Program-made: the position numbers and the translations under genes | Source: Vulcanisaeta distributa DSM 14429 | GTDB taxonomy: Archaea > Thermoproteota > Thermoprotei > Thermoproteales > Thermocladiaceae | Reading direction: 5' to 3' | DNA: 32,000 bases | Assembly: GCF_000148385.1 (NCBI RefSeq) | Contig: NC_014537.1 | Location: 1,121,836 to 1,153,835, forward strand | Notes under the pieces: model-generated | Seen by the model: only the letters and a program-made list of their open reading frames with translations | What the model was told of the DNA's origin: nothing | The model's database searches: none | Part shown: in pieces, positions 16,695 to 25,638 of the stretch | Layout of the letters: each line of letters opens with the position of its first letter | How positions within the stretch are numbered: position 1 is the stretch's first letter

Positions 16695-17249
16695 TTAGTC
16701 ATTTTTAGTCATTTCAAGGAGATAACTCCTAATCTCCTCAAGTAATGTAACGAGAACGAATAATGCACTCCTCCTGTTGGTAGCTATTAATGGCATGACC
16801 TTAACCTCATAGGGAACCTTCAATATACTCTTAATGGTAAGTATGTCCACGGCAGTGGGTACATCCTGCTTATTCGCAGCAATCACATGAGGCGTTGATG
16901 GAAAGTTTTCCCTGAAGAAATTATACATTCCCAACGCCTCCTTAACCTTCTCCTCGCTTGAACTATCAACGATGAATAGGTAGCCATGCATACCCCTGGC
17001 AATTATCTTCCACATGAAGCTAAACCTCTCCTGACCAGGTACGCCAAATAGATGCACGACTAGGTCCTCCCTAACCTTCATTCGACCATAATCAAAAGCT
17101 ACCGTAGTACTTTTCTTACCATCATTTGAACTCTTCGTTATTGGAACATCAGTCTCGATAGGCAACACCTCACTTAGTGTTTTAACGAATGTGGTTTTAC
17201 CAGCACCATACGGGCCAGCAATCACGATCTTTATTGTCTTTATTGGCAT
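16695..17249 (-). CDS. Small Ras-superfamily GTPase of the MglA-like / COG2229 type.
   Basis: G1 is 'GPYGAGKTT'. G3 is 'FGVPGQERF', which lacks the canonical Asp, as in the MglA 'TVPGQ' motif. G4 is 'NKQD'. The ORF starts with a GTG at 17258, but the ATG at 17249 is preceded by SD 'GAGGTG' overlapping the upstream stop, so I prefer it. Confidence 0.8.
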   Translation of the reverse strand: MPIKTIKIVIAGPYGAGKTTFVKTLSEVLPIETDVPITKSSNDGKKSTTVAFDYGRMKVREDLVVHLFGVPGQERFSFMWKIIARGMHGYLFIVDSSSEEKVKEALGMYNFFRENFPSTPHVIAANKQDVPTAVDILTIKSILKVPYEVKVMPLIATNRRSALFVLVTLLEEIRSYLLEMTKND

Positions 17250-17259
17250 AATGCCCACC

Positions 17260-17757
17260 TCATATAACGGCTTTACTCTTTATGAAATTGATCACATCCT
17301 CAATATCCTTTGGCGTAATTTCTACATTGATTACCTCTATTATCTCCTCCTCACTAACGCTGAGAAGTTTCCTTAATAGGTCGTATAACTTATCGGTGTA
17401 TTTCTCGAGTATTATCCTGATAAGGCCTATTGACGCCTCAGAATTAATTATAACCATGATGTAACCCGCATCTCTAATATTCATTAATTGAATAATACCA
17501 TCAACGCCCTGCATCAATACGTAATTAACATTACCAATGGGTAACGCAGATACTAATCCCTTTAATGATGATATAAACCTTGGGGCTGCAAAGAATGTAT
17601 TACCAGCGTTAATTAGGATGGTATTAGTGACATAGGTTATTACAGTACCCTCCCTATCCATTATATAAACAGCCCTTATCTGATCAGGGCTTTCCGAAAT
17701 AATCTCCTCAGCCGATGACCTAACCTCATTTATGATTCTTTGAATATCACTATTCAC
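17260..17757 (-). CDS. Roadblock/LC7 (MglB-like, longin-related) domain protein.
   Basis: 'IRAVYIMDREGTVITYV' and 'YVLMQGVDGIIQLMNIRDAGYIMVIINSEASIGLIRIILEKY' fit the Roadblock/LC7 alpha-beta pattern. The gene lies directly upstream of, and is coupled to, the small GTPase, which is the typical pairing. The GTG start at 17757 is about 20 nt downstream of a TATA-like run (17770-17787). Confidence 0.65.
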   Translation of the reverse strand: MNSDIQRIINEVRSSAEEIISESPDQIRAVYIMDREGTVITYVTNTILINAGNTFFAAPRFISSLKGLVSALPIGNVNYVLMQGVDGIIQLMNIRDAGYIMVIINSEASIGLIRIILEKYTDKLYDLLRKLLSVSEEEIIEVINVEITPKDIEDVINFIKSKAVI

Positions 17758-17896
17758 AATCCTTTCTATTTATTATAATTTTTAAATCTTTCGATTTTTC
17801 TTATTACAGACAAAGGTAATCGTATTTTCAACTCCATTAGCAACACCCACTATATGCATAATAAGTTTTTTAAATGCATGGTGCGGGTTAATACGG

Positions 17897-18241
17897 ATGA
17901 TAACAATAAAGGGTTACGTAGTAAGTAAGACATTGGTTAATGACCCAACAGGCGGCAAGATGATAGCAATACAAATTGTTGAGGAGAGGGAGACGCCTGG
18001 CCCGGTCATTACTGGTACTGATGAGACGTCGCAAATGATGAGGGATGTGATGCCCCTCGTTCAGCAGTTACTTAGGTCTATGCCTATGGTTGGTCCATTA
18101 ATGAGCGGTAAGGTTCCAATACCAAGGCTCCTAATTTGGCTTAATGAGGATGAGGCTGAGGCATTAGGCCCTAGGTTGGATGTGGGTGATGCGGTGGAGA
18201 TTAGGATAGATAACGGGAAGTTGGAATTAGTTAAGGTTTAA
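17897..18241 (+). CDS. Hypothetical protein (114 aa) with a Met/Pro-rich central segment.
   Basis: The ATG at 17897 is 23 nt downstream of TATA 'tttttaaat' (17866-17874). I recognise no family. The central segment reads 'SQMMRDVMPLVQQLLRSMPMVGPLMSG'. Confidence 0.55.
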   Translation: MITIKGYVVSKTLVNDPTGGKMIAIQIVEERETPGPVITGTDETSQMMRDVMPLVQQLLRSMPMVGPLMSGKVPIPRLLIWLNEDEAEALGPRLDVGDAVEIRIDNGKLELVKV

Positions 18242-18245
18242 TTTA

Positions 18246-18599
18246 TTATATCTTTACATCAAACTCCCTGCTTAAATTAAGTAAGTCCTTAAGTTTAATC
18301 CTTACATGCTTTCCATTCGGCAATGTCCTAACTATGATAAATGGAAGTAATCCCCTACGAACCTCCTCCATCGCTATGTCTATTGGATCGAACGTACCCA
18401 GCTCCTGTGGATTAATGAGTGGTTGAGCTCCCATGGCTAATTGCTTTGCCCTTGCCGCCACTATCCTGGCAAGTTCATACTTAGTTATCCTGGGTGGATA
18501 TGTTAGCTTACCCTTAATTAAGTCACTAATTGTGTTTAAAATGCTCGCTAATGTATCCTCCTTAAGGATTGAGTTCGAGGCTTGATTTGATGATGACAT
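18246..18599 (-). CDS. rpoK: DNA-directed RNA polymerase subunit Rpo6 (RpoK/omega/RPB6 homolog).
   Basis: 'ITKYELARIVAARAKQLAMGAQPLI' and 'IAMEEVRRGLLPFIIVRTLPNGK' are the conserved RPB6/RpoK motifs. A TATA-like 'gatttttaaac' on the minus strand sits about 27 nt upstream. Confidence 0.88.
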   Translation of the reverse strand: MSSSNQASNSILKEDTLASILNTISDLIKGKLTYPPRITKYELARIVAARAKQLAMGAQPLINPQELGTFDPIDIAMEEVRRGLLPFIIVRTLPNGKHVRIKLKDLLNLSREFDVKI

Positions 18600-18656
18600 T
18601 GGAGAATACGGAAATAAAATCGTTTAAAAATCTAACTTTATGAATGCCAAATTTTA

Positions 18657-20321
18657 TTATTCAGACGATTTCGACTCGCTTTCCTCTCCGCCGCTCTCGG
18701 TCTTTGACTTGCCGGTACCACCTGTCTTTGTTTGGGCTGCGGCTACAATATCGTCAATCCTAAGTATCATTATTGCTGCCTCAGCGGCACTCCTAATTAC
18801 GTGCGTCTTAACTAGGAGTGGGTCAACGACATTTATCTTAGCCATATTCGCGACCTTACCGCTTAACACATCAACGCCAGCATCAACCTCACCAGCATCA
18901 TGCCTCCTCCTTAACTCAGCAATTGCATCCACTGGGTCTAAACCGGCGGTTAGGGCTAGTATTGTTGGTATGTGCTCAAGGGCCTCGGCAAACTTAAGCA
19001 CGGCTAACTGCTCCTTGCCAGGTAACTTCCTACCCCACTCCCTAAGTCTTCTCGCAATCTCCATCTCAAAGGCTCCACCACCAGGTACGATCTTAGGCTC
19101 CCTGTATAGGTCCCTAATTACATGAAGCGCATCCTGCATTGATCTCTCGGCCTCATCAAGGATCCTATCCGCTGCACCCCTAAGTAGTATCGTGACTGCC
19201 CTCGGGTTCGGACACTGCTCGACAAACACCATCTTCTCCTCACCAACCTTCCTCTCCTCAACAAGCCCAGCAGTGCCAAGGTCCTCGGGCCTTATATCCT
19301 TAATACTGGTAACTATCTTAGCTCCAGTGGCCTTAGCAAGCTTCTCAATGTCGCTCCTCTTAACCCTCCTAACAGCCATAATACCCTTCTTAGCCAGGTA
19401 GTGCTGGGCAACCTCGTCAATTCCCTTCTGCGTTATAACTACATTAGCGCCGATCTCGGCGAGCTTATCAACGTAGGACTTCAGTATGTTGGACTCCTCC
19501 TCAAGGAATGCCTTTATCTGCTGTGGCGATGAGACTGATATCTTCGTAGTCCACTCAGGTTTCTCAATCTCAAGCGGCGCATCTAGGACTGCGATCTTAG
19601 CGTTAACAACCCTCTTGGGCATCCCTGGGTGAACAACCTCCTTATCAAGCACAATACCCTGTATTAGCTGGGTCTCAAAGAGTGACTGGCCCTTCTTCTT
19701 CTCGATCTTAATCCAGTCTAGGTCGAGGTTATACTTATCGCCGATTTTCTCCACGGCTATGGCGGATGCATCAACGGCAATTTTCGCTAGGTAGTCCCTG
19801 GCCTCGGCAACGATCTTACTACTTAATGAGTTCATTGCGACTAGGGCCAGTTGGTTCTTGTCCTCAACATTTATTGGCTGTGCAATCTCATTGGCGACTT
19901 GTATTGCGTAATCCATGGCCTTCTTATAACCATCAATGATTATTGTCGGGTGAATACCCTCGTCAAGGAGCTCCTCCGCAAGTTCCAGCAACCTGCCTGC
20001 CAGCACAACCGCCGTTGTTGTTCCATCACCAACCTCCGCGTCCTGGGCCTTGGCAACCTCAATTAGTAGCTTAGCAGCTGGGTGTTGAACCTCCATCTCC
20101 TTTAGTATTGCGGCTCCATCGCCCGTTATTGTTACGTCACCAAAGGCATCAATGAGCATCTTATCCATACCCCTAGGGCCTAGGCTTGTCGATAGTATTT
20201 CGGCAATTACCTTGGCAGCCATTATGTTGCTTCTCCTTGCATCTGCGCCGGTTGTTCTTTGTGAACCCTCCTTAAGAACCATCACTGGTACTCCTCCCCT
20301 CTGCTGTGTACCGCTGCTCAT
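18657..20321 (-). CDS. thsA: Thermosome subunit (group II chaperonin).
   Basis: '[10 protein letters not shown]', '[13 protein letters not shown]', '[12 protein letters not shown]', '[12 protein letters not shown]' and 'NVVDPLLVK' are present. The protein is 554 aa. The TATA 'ttttatag' (complement of 20343-20350) is 22 nt from the ATG. Which paralog (alpha/beta/gamma) this is cannot be decided here. Confidence 0.95.
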   Translation of the reverse strand: MSSGTQQRGGVPVMVLKEGSQRTTGADARRSNIMAAKVIAEILSTSLGPRGMDKMLIDAFGDVTITGDGAAILKEMEVQHPAAKLLIEVAKAQDAEVGDGTTTAVVLAGRLLELAEELLDEGIHPTIIIDGYKKAMDYAIQVANEIAQPINVEDKNQLALVAMNSLSSKIVAEARDYLAKIAVDASAIAVEKIGDKYNLDLDWIKIEKKKGQSLFETQLIQGIVLDKEVVHPGMPKRVVNAKIAVLDAPLEIEKPEWTTKISVSSPQQIKAFLEEESNILKSYVDKLAEIGANVVITQKGIDEVAQHYLAKKGIMAVRRVKRSDIEKLAKATGAKIVTSIKDIRPEDLGTAGLVEERKVGEEKMVFVEQCPNPRAVTILLRGAADRILDEAERSMQDALHVIRDLYREPKIVPGGGAFEMEIARRLREWGRKLPGKEQLAVLKFAEALEHIPTILALTAGLDPVDAIAELRRRHDAGEVDAGVDVLSGKVANMAKINVVDPLLVKTHVIRSAAEAAIMILRIDDIVAAAQTKTGGTGKSKTESGGEESESKSSE

Positions 20322-20342
20322 CGGCGACTCCGTAAAGCACTT

Positions 20343-20350
20343 CTATAAAA
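20343..20350 (-). promoter_or_regulatory. TATA box of the thermosome promoter.
   Basis: The minus strand reads 'aggTTTTTATAGaag', 22 nt upstream of the ATG at 20321. Confidence 0.6.
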
Positions 20351-20410
20351 ACCTTTCTTCAAATAAAGCGAGTAAAAAATAAGTAGTGCTGCGGTGACTC
20401 CGCTGATTTA

Positions 20411-20845
20411 ATGGACATAGGGCATATATTAACTATACTCATATTAACATCGCTATTTGTAATACCGTGGGCAGTCGTTAGTTCGTATTCAATGGAACCA
20501 ACGCTTGAGGTTGGGGATTTAGTCGTAATGATACCACCAAGTCAACCCTGTAGCTCGTTAGTAGGTCATGTGGCGATCTACTACTCACCTGAATTTAATG
20601 ATTACATAGTGCATAGGGTAATTGCCATCAATAACGCGCAGAAATGCACATACGTCTTTAAGGGTGATGCGAACCCAGTGCCTGACCCATATTCAGTACC
20701 TTACGGTAATATTGTCGGTGTTGTTGTCCTTGTAATACCACAGTTAGGTCTCCTAAGTCTTTCGTACAGGACATTTACGGCTGCACTGTACATACTAGGT
20801 CTCATTATCCTGGTAATTATTCCTGCATACCTGCTTGATAAGTAA
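20411..20845 (+). CDS. Signal peptidase I, archaeal/ER Sec11 type (S26B).
   Basis: An N-terminal TM helix is followed by the nucleophile box 'SYSMEPTLEVGDLVV', the His box 'IVHRVI', 'FKGDAN' and a C-terminal TM helix. Confidence 0.85.
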   Translation: MDIGHILTILILTSLFVIPWAVVSSYSMEPTLEVGDLVVMIPPSQPCSSLVGHVAIYYSPEFNDYIVHRVIAINNAQKCTYVFKGDANPVPDPYSVPYGNIVGVVVLVIPQLGLLSLSYRTFTAALYILGLIILVIIPAYLLDK

Positions 20846-20895
20846 TTACTTTCCATGAGGAAAAATGTATTAAGTCTCACGAGTCAGGTCTTTTA

Positions 20896-21450
20896 ATGGG
20901 AGAGGAGGTTCGGGATATAACGACTAAGTTGAGTGGTCGTGAGTACATAAGGGGTAAGGACGGTAGGGTGTTTGTGCTTAGGGAGTTTGAGATAACGGAC
21001 TTGAATACGGTAGTAATGATAAACAGGAGGGTGCTACCCGAGAATTACCCTGAGTTCTTCTTCGTGGAGCATTATAGAAGCTTTCCCAAGGCCTTCATAG
21101 TGGCTGAGCTTAACGGTAATGTGGTTGGTTATATGATGAATAGGGTTGAGTTTGGCTGGAGCTATATCTGGAGGGGTAAACCAACCAGGAAGGGTCATGT
21201 GATATCCATTGGCGTACTACCTGAAGCGAGGAGGTTAGGCATTGCGTATAACATGATGATTAGGGGTATGAGGGCTATGAAACACTTCTACGGTGCAGAG
21301 GAGGTCTACCTGGAGGTTAGGGTTTCTAACACGCCCGCCATTAATCTCTACAAGAAATTGAACTATAAAATAGTCGACTTAATAAAGGGTTATTACCACG
21401 ATGGTGAGGACGCATACATAATGGCTAGGTCACTCGAGGATTTTGAGTAG
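20896..21450 (+). CDS. GNAT N-acetyltransferase, Ard1/RimI-like (protein N-terminal acetyltransferase).
   Basis: 'VISIGVLPEARRLGIAYNMM' is the acetyl-CoA binding motif A (R-x-x-G-x-A). 'YLEVRVSNTPAINLYKKLNY' is motif B. The length of 184 aa is typical of archaeal Ard1. Confidence 0.8.
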   Translation: MGEEVRDITTKLSGREYIRGKDGRVFVLREFEITDLNTVVMINRRVLPENYPEFFFVEHYRSFPKAFIVAELNGNVVGYMMNRVEFGWSYIWRGKPTRKGHVISIGVLPEARRLGIAYNMMIRGMRAMKHFYGAEEVYLEVRVSNTPAINLYKKLNYKIVDLIKGYYHDGEDAYIMARSLEDFE

Positions 21451-21455
21451 TACCA

Positions 21456-22700
21456 TTACTCACCAAACTTCTCGAGAGTACCTAGGTAATTAGCTATTAT
21501 GTTCATAACGTCAATACCCCTAATCCTACTCCAAAAGCCCTTGGCACAAGCTCTCTCACTGAACTGAGTAACGTCATCTCTCATGACATCAGGTCCCCAC
21601 GCCATAAATGGCACGGGATCACCCGTATGTTCCCTAACAGTTATTGGCGTTGCATGGTCGCAGGTTATGAACACATATGTGTCGCTGGGTGCCTCCTCAA
21701 GGAACCTCCTAATACCTGCATCAACTCTCTCAATAATCATTGCCTTACCTCTGGCATCACCATCATGAGACATGGAGTCTGTGGGCTTTACATGGACAAA
21801 TACGAAATCGTAATTATTCAAGGCCCTAGCAGCTGCCTGAAACGCGGCTATGAAGTCGTCATCCTTAGAACCAATGTAATTATCAACATTTATCGCATCC
21901 ATACCCAATGCCCTACCAATACCCCTAATCAATGCAACGCCAGCTATTATCGCTGGCTTAATCCTATATCTTAGGCTCAGTGGTTCGAAGTTCCTTAAAG
22001 AACCTGCACCCCTAAGGAGGACCATGTTTATTGGGCCCTTACCCTCCCTCCTCCTCTTCTCATTAAACTCCGCCTTGCTTAACTTTTCATAGACGAGCTT
22101 TGTAAATTCATTAATGTAATTAGCTGTGACCTTAGCATCATCACTTAAGGCCTTAGCCTCTGAAACCCTAACACCAGTTACGTGAGGATCAGTATCAGTA
22201 ATGTGTGGTGATACATTACCTCTAAGGACGAGGACGCCCCTATGCTCTACGGTTTGTTTATAAACCGCATCAATGCCATACTTACTCCTCAGTATTGGCA
22301 ATACCTCATTATTAATTATGTTCTCTATTTCCTTAACCTCAGCAGGGTCTATGTACCTACCACCTCTTCTATCGACAACGACTAAATCACTATTAACCGT
22401 GGCCACGTTAGTCCTAAATGCAACATCTCCAGGGTTAAGCGTTAATCCCGCACCCAATGCCTCAAACGGCCCCCTACCGGGGTAGTACTTGTATGGGTCA
22501 TAACCAAAGATGGCAAGGTGAGCCGTGTCACTACCTGGTCTAATACCTGGTGATATGACGTCCATGAGACCGCATGATCCCTCAGCAACCAACCTATCAA
22601 TAGTGGGTTTAACGGCAAACTCTAACGGGGTCTTTCCACCAAGTTCCTTAACCGGTCTATCGGCACAGCCGTCTAGGACCACCAGTAATGCCCTAGGCAT
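21456..22700 (-). CDS. apgM: 2,3-bisphosphoglycerate-independent phosphoglycerate mutase, archaeal type.
   Basis: 'LLVVLDGCADRP', 'RPGSDTAHLAIFGYDP', 'TDSMSHDGD' and 'ITCDHATP' are present, and the protein is about 414 aa. The ORF starts with a GTG at 22712. I prefer the ATG at 22700 ('MPRALLVVLDG'). Confidence 0.9.
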   Translation of the reverse strand: MPRALLVVLDGCADRPVKELGGKTPLEFAVKPTIDRLVAEGSCGLMDVISPGIRPGSDTAHLAIFGYDPYKYYPGRGPFEALGAGLTLNPGDVAFRTNVATVNSDLVVVDRRGGRYIDPAEVKEIENIINNEVLPILRSKYGIDAVYKQTVEHRGVLVLRGNVSPHITDTDPHVTGVRVSEAKALSDDAKVTANYINEFTKLVYEKLSKAEFNEKRRREGKGPINMVLLRGAGSLRNFEPLSLRYRIKPAIIAGVALIRGIGRALGMDAINVDNYIGSKDDDFIAAFQAAARALNNYDFVFVHVKPTDSMSHDGDARGKAMIIERVDAGIRRFLEEAPSDTYVFITCDHATPITVREHTGDPVPFMAWGPDVMRDDVTQFSERACAKGFWSRIRGIDVMNIIANYLGTLEKFGE

Positions 22701-22747
22701 ACGTAACACCACACTAAGCTTATTAAAAGCATTTACTTTAAATGAGC

Positions 22748-23077
22748 CTATTCTCGCCTTAATGCCTCATCAATCCACCTTAAGTATCCATCAAAACCGC
22801 CAATTATCGGCAGTGCAATAATCTCAGGGACCTTATACGGATGTCTCTCCCTAATGAATATCACTAAATCATTAAGCTTATCCTTCCTTGACTTAATAAT
22901 GAGCAATGCCTCATTGTCTTCCTCGACCCTTCCCTCCCAATAATAAATACTCCTTAACCCATCAATTACGTTAACGCACGCAGCTAATTTATTATTAACG
23001 AGAGATTTAGCAATTTCAACACCCACATCCCTATTAGGCACTGTGACGAAGACAACTACATACTCATACTCACTCAT
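22748..23077 (-). CDS. cutA: Divalent-cation tolerance protein CutA.
   Basis: 'VFVTVPN...IAKSLVNNKLAACVNV...SIYYWEGRVEEDNEALLIIKS...HPYKVPEIIALPI' is the canonical CutA1 pattern. The protein is 109 aa. Confidence 0.9.
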   Translation of the reverse strand: MSEYEYVVVFVTVPNRDVGVEIAKSLVNNKLAACVNVIDGLRSIYYWEGRVEEDNEALLIIKSRKDKLNDLVIFIRERHPYKVPEIIALPIIGGFDGYLRWIDEALRRE

Positions 23078-23194
23078 AATTCCCCACCACCTACATTAAT
23101 CAACATACTAAAGCATTATCTTTTCATGGACTGAGATAAATGGATAATGAACATCATAATAATGTTTAAATGTGAAATAACTAATGCCACCCTG

Positions 23195-24142
23195 ATGGAG
23201 TACATAAATCTTGGTAAGACTAGCTTGAAAATATCGAGGATTGGACTTGGCGCCTGGCAATTCGGTGGTGATGCCTGGGGCCCCTATGAATATGGCATTG
23301 CCAAGGAAGTTATTGGTAAGGCTGTGGAACTTGGTATAAACTTCATAGATACTGCGGCTGTTTATGGGCGTGGCCGTAGTGAGGAGTTTGTGGGCAGGGC
23401 AATTAGGGAGTTGGGTATTAGGGAGCACGTGGTCATCGCCACTAAAATACCGGGTGATTGGCATAGATATGATGATGTCCTTAAGGCAGCGAGGCGGAGT
23501 AGGGAGAGGCTTGGTGTGGACGTTATTGATCTCCTTCAGCTTCATTGGCCTGCCTGTTGGCATAATGTACCAATTTGCGAGACGATGAAGGCGATGGAGA
23601 AGCTGGTTGAGGATGGCGTGATTAGGTTCATTGGTGTTAGTAATTATCCATTACAACTCCTTGAGGCTGCGCGTTCATGTCTTAAGAGGAGTGAAATAGT
23701 GAGTTCCCAGAACAGGTATAACTTAATTGAAAGAGATATCGAGAAGGAACTCCTACCCTACCTTCAACGTGAGGGAATTACGCTTATTGCCTGGAGCCCA
23801 TTGGCGAAGGGTGCAGTAACTGGTAAGTACAGCCCTGAGAATAGGCCTAAGGGCGATCTAAGGGAGAATGAGCCTGTTTTCTATCCCGATAATCTTAGGG
23901 AAATAACCACGAAGTTAATACCCGTGATTAAGGAGTTGGCGAGTAAATACGGTAAGACCCCTGCTCAGATCGCGCTTAATTGGCTCGTAATGCATGATAA
24001 CGTGGTGCCAATACCTGGAGCTAAGAATGCCGCGCAAGTCGTGGAAAACGCCGGTGCGGTTGGTTGGAGACTGAGTGAGGATGACTTTAGGAGGCTCACG
24101 GCTGCAAGTAATTCCTTAGTTATAACGTATGTCACCTGGTAA
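23195..24142 (+). CDS. Aldo/keto reductase family oxidoreductase.
   Basis: 'ISRIGLGAWQFGG', 'FIDTAAVYGRGRSEE', 'IDLLQLHWP', 'IGVSNY' and 'IPGAKN' are present. The ATG at 23195 is 24 nt downstream of TATA 'tttaaat' (23165-23171). The upstream part of the listed ORF (from 23147) is probably not translated. Confidence 0.88.
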   Translation: MEYINLGKTSLKISRIGLGAWQFGGDAWGPYEYGIAKEVIGKAVELGINFIDTAAVYGRGRSEEFVGRAIRELGIREHVVIATKIPGDWHRYDDVLKAARRSRERLGVDVIDLLQLHWPACWHNVPICETMKAMEKLVEDGVIRFIGVSNYPLQLLEAARSCLKRSEIVSSQNRYNLIERDIEKELLPYLQREGITLIAWSPLAKGAVTGKYSPENRPKGDLRENEPVFYPDNLREITTKLIPVIKELASKYGKTPAQIALNWLVMHDNVVPIPGAKNAAQVVENAGAVGWRLSEDDFRRLTAASNSLVITYVTW

Positions 24143-24207
24143 TTCTTGAAATCTATGTGAATAATGAATTTAGTTTTATTTAGGACTTAAAATTGGTAAG
24201 TCATTGT

Positions 24208-24825
24208 ATGAAGCTTCCCAAAGGAATTTACGGTATAACGGATACCAGTTATACTATAAAGAATCACGTTGAGGCAGCCAGGGCATTCCTCGAGGGTGGG
24301 GTTAGGATTGTTCAGTATAGGCGTAAGGAGGGCAGTATTAGGGTCATGCTTGAGGAGGCTAGGGCCATTAGGAGGCTTTGTAATGAGTATGGAGCTGTAT
24401 TTATCGTTGATGATAGGGTTGACATAGCAATACTAAGCGATGCGGATGGAGTCCACGTGGGTCTTGATGATGCGCCTGTGGATGAGATTAGGAGGAGATT
24501 CGGCGGTTTAATAATTGGTGCAAGTGCCAGTACTGTTGATGAGGCATTGCAGGGTGAGAGGGCGGGCGCCAATTATATAGGCGCCGGCTCAGTGTTTCCG
24601 AGCCCGACAAGGCCCGATTACAGAATAACTGGGCTGGATGGATTGAGGAGCATCGTTAGGTCGGTCAATATACCGGTCTACGCCATAGGCGGTATAACGC
24701 TTGAGAGTATACCAGCGATTAAGGCAACGGGTGCCTGGGGCGCCGCGGTTATCTCGGGAATACTTGCCGCCAAGGACCCAGTTAAGATGGCTAGGGCATT
24801 CGTCGAGGCTTGGGAGAATGCGTAG
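24208..24825 (+). CDS. thiE: Thiamine-phosphate synthase.
   Basis: 'GIYGITD', 'VQYRRKE', 'FIVDDRVDIA', 'DGVHVGLDD', 'YIGAGSVFPSPTR' and 'VYAIGGI' are present. The ATG at 24208 is about 27 nt downstream of 'ttttattta' (24173-24181). Confidence 0.88.
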   Translation: MKLPKGIYGITDTSYTIKNHVEAARAFLEGGVRIVQYRRKEGSIRVMLEEARAIRRLCNEYGAVFIVDDRVDIAILSDADGVHVGLDDAPVDEIRRRFGGLIIGASASTVDEALQGERAGANYIGAGSVFPSPTRPDYRITGLDGLRSIVRSVNIPVYAIGGITLESIPAIKATGAWGAAVISGILAAKDPVKMARAFVEAWENA

Positions 24826-24925
24826 TTCTTTCTATTGGGGTAGTTCTATACTTAATACATAATGGTTTACACCGAGATATATATTGGATAATGCTTATTA
24901 ATAATTGATATTTAGCAAATAAAAC

Positions 24926-25579
24926 GTGGCAACTACTACACCTCAAATGAGCAGGGGGGAGGGGGAGGTTGCCAGGCACTACGTAAATGCCATAGTTAAG
25001 CTTGTGATATATATAATCGTATACGTGGTGGTAGCCGCCATAGTTCACTGGATAATAACGTCCTTATTACCGATGTTTGGCATAAATGTTAAGCCGTATG
25101 AGGGTTACGTAAATGTACTGCTTGCGCTTGCCTTTGGCTACCTAATCGTGTCAGCCTTTGCTGACGTCATTTATTGGGCTATGAGGTTTAGGTATGACCA
25201 CCCAACTGCTAGGGCTATGAGGAATGTATTTCTGCTAATAGGTATTGGCGCATTGGTTGCTGGCATTGCGGGTGCTATTGGCGGTGGAGTTGCAGGCGTG
25301 GCTGTGGGCGGCTTTCTCGGCATTGTAATTGGTTTCGCAGTCCAACAGGTCCTTGGGCAAGCAGTGGCTGGCTTATTCCTGCTATTGGCTAGGCCATTTA
25401 AGATAAGTGATCACGTTAATTTACTTGGTGAGGATGGTATCGTTAATGACGTCGCAATATTATTCACTGAGGTTATTAAGAGTGATGGTACTAAAGTCCT
25501 GATACCTAATAATTCAATAATTGGTAATAAGATATACCTACTGCCTAAGCAGCAGCCTCAGCAGCAACAGCAGAAGTAA
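24926..25579 (+). CDS. Small MscS-family mechanosensitive channel-like protein with a Gln-rich C-terminal tail.
   Basis: TM helices are followed by 'GFAVQQVLGQAVAGLFLLLARPFKISDHV...GIVNDVAILFTEVIKSDGTKVLIPNNSI', the MscS pore-helix/beta-domain signature. The start is the GTG at 24926 or the ATG at 24947. Confidence 0.75.
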   Translation: MATTTPQMSRGEGEVARHYVNAIVKLVIYIIVYVVVAAIVHWIITSLLPMFGINVKPYEGYVNVLLALAFGYLIVSAFADVIYWAMRFRYDHPTARAMRNVFLLIGIGALVAGIAGAIGGGVAGVAVGGFLGIVIGFAVQQVLGQAVAGLFLLLARPFKISDHVNLLGEDGIVNDVAILFTEVIKSDGTKVLIPNNSIIGNKIYLLPKQQPQQQQQK

Positions 25580-25638
25580 TCGTTTGGTTAAAAAATACAA
25601 TATTAAATTTATTAATTGGTATCATTTCCTTACTTCCC

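Noticed and set aside
18640-19125. A 161-aa plus-strand ORF, plus smaller ones at 19192..19401, 19851..20066 and 20152..20382.
   Set aside because: They lie entirely antisense to the unambiguous thermosome gene. Their composition is Ser/Ala/Leu-rich and low-complexity.
21982-21990. 'ggttcgaag', a motif resembling a tRNA T-arm.
   Set aside because: It is embedded in the apgM coding sequence, and no acceptor, D or anticodon stems can be drawn around it. I found no tRNA in any intergenic gap.
23108-23563. A 151-aa minus-strand ORF.
   Set aside because: It lies antisense to the aldo/keto reductase gene, which has clear family motifs. It has no recognisable features of its own.
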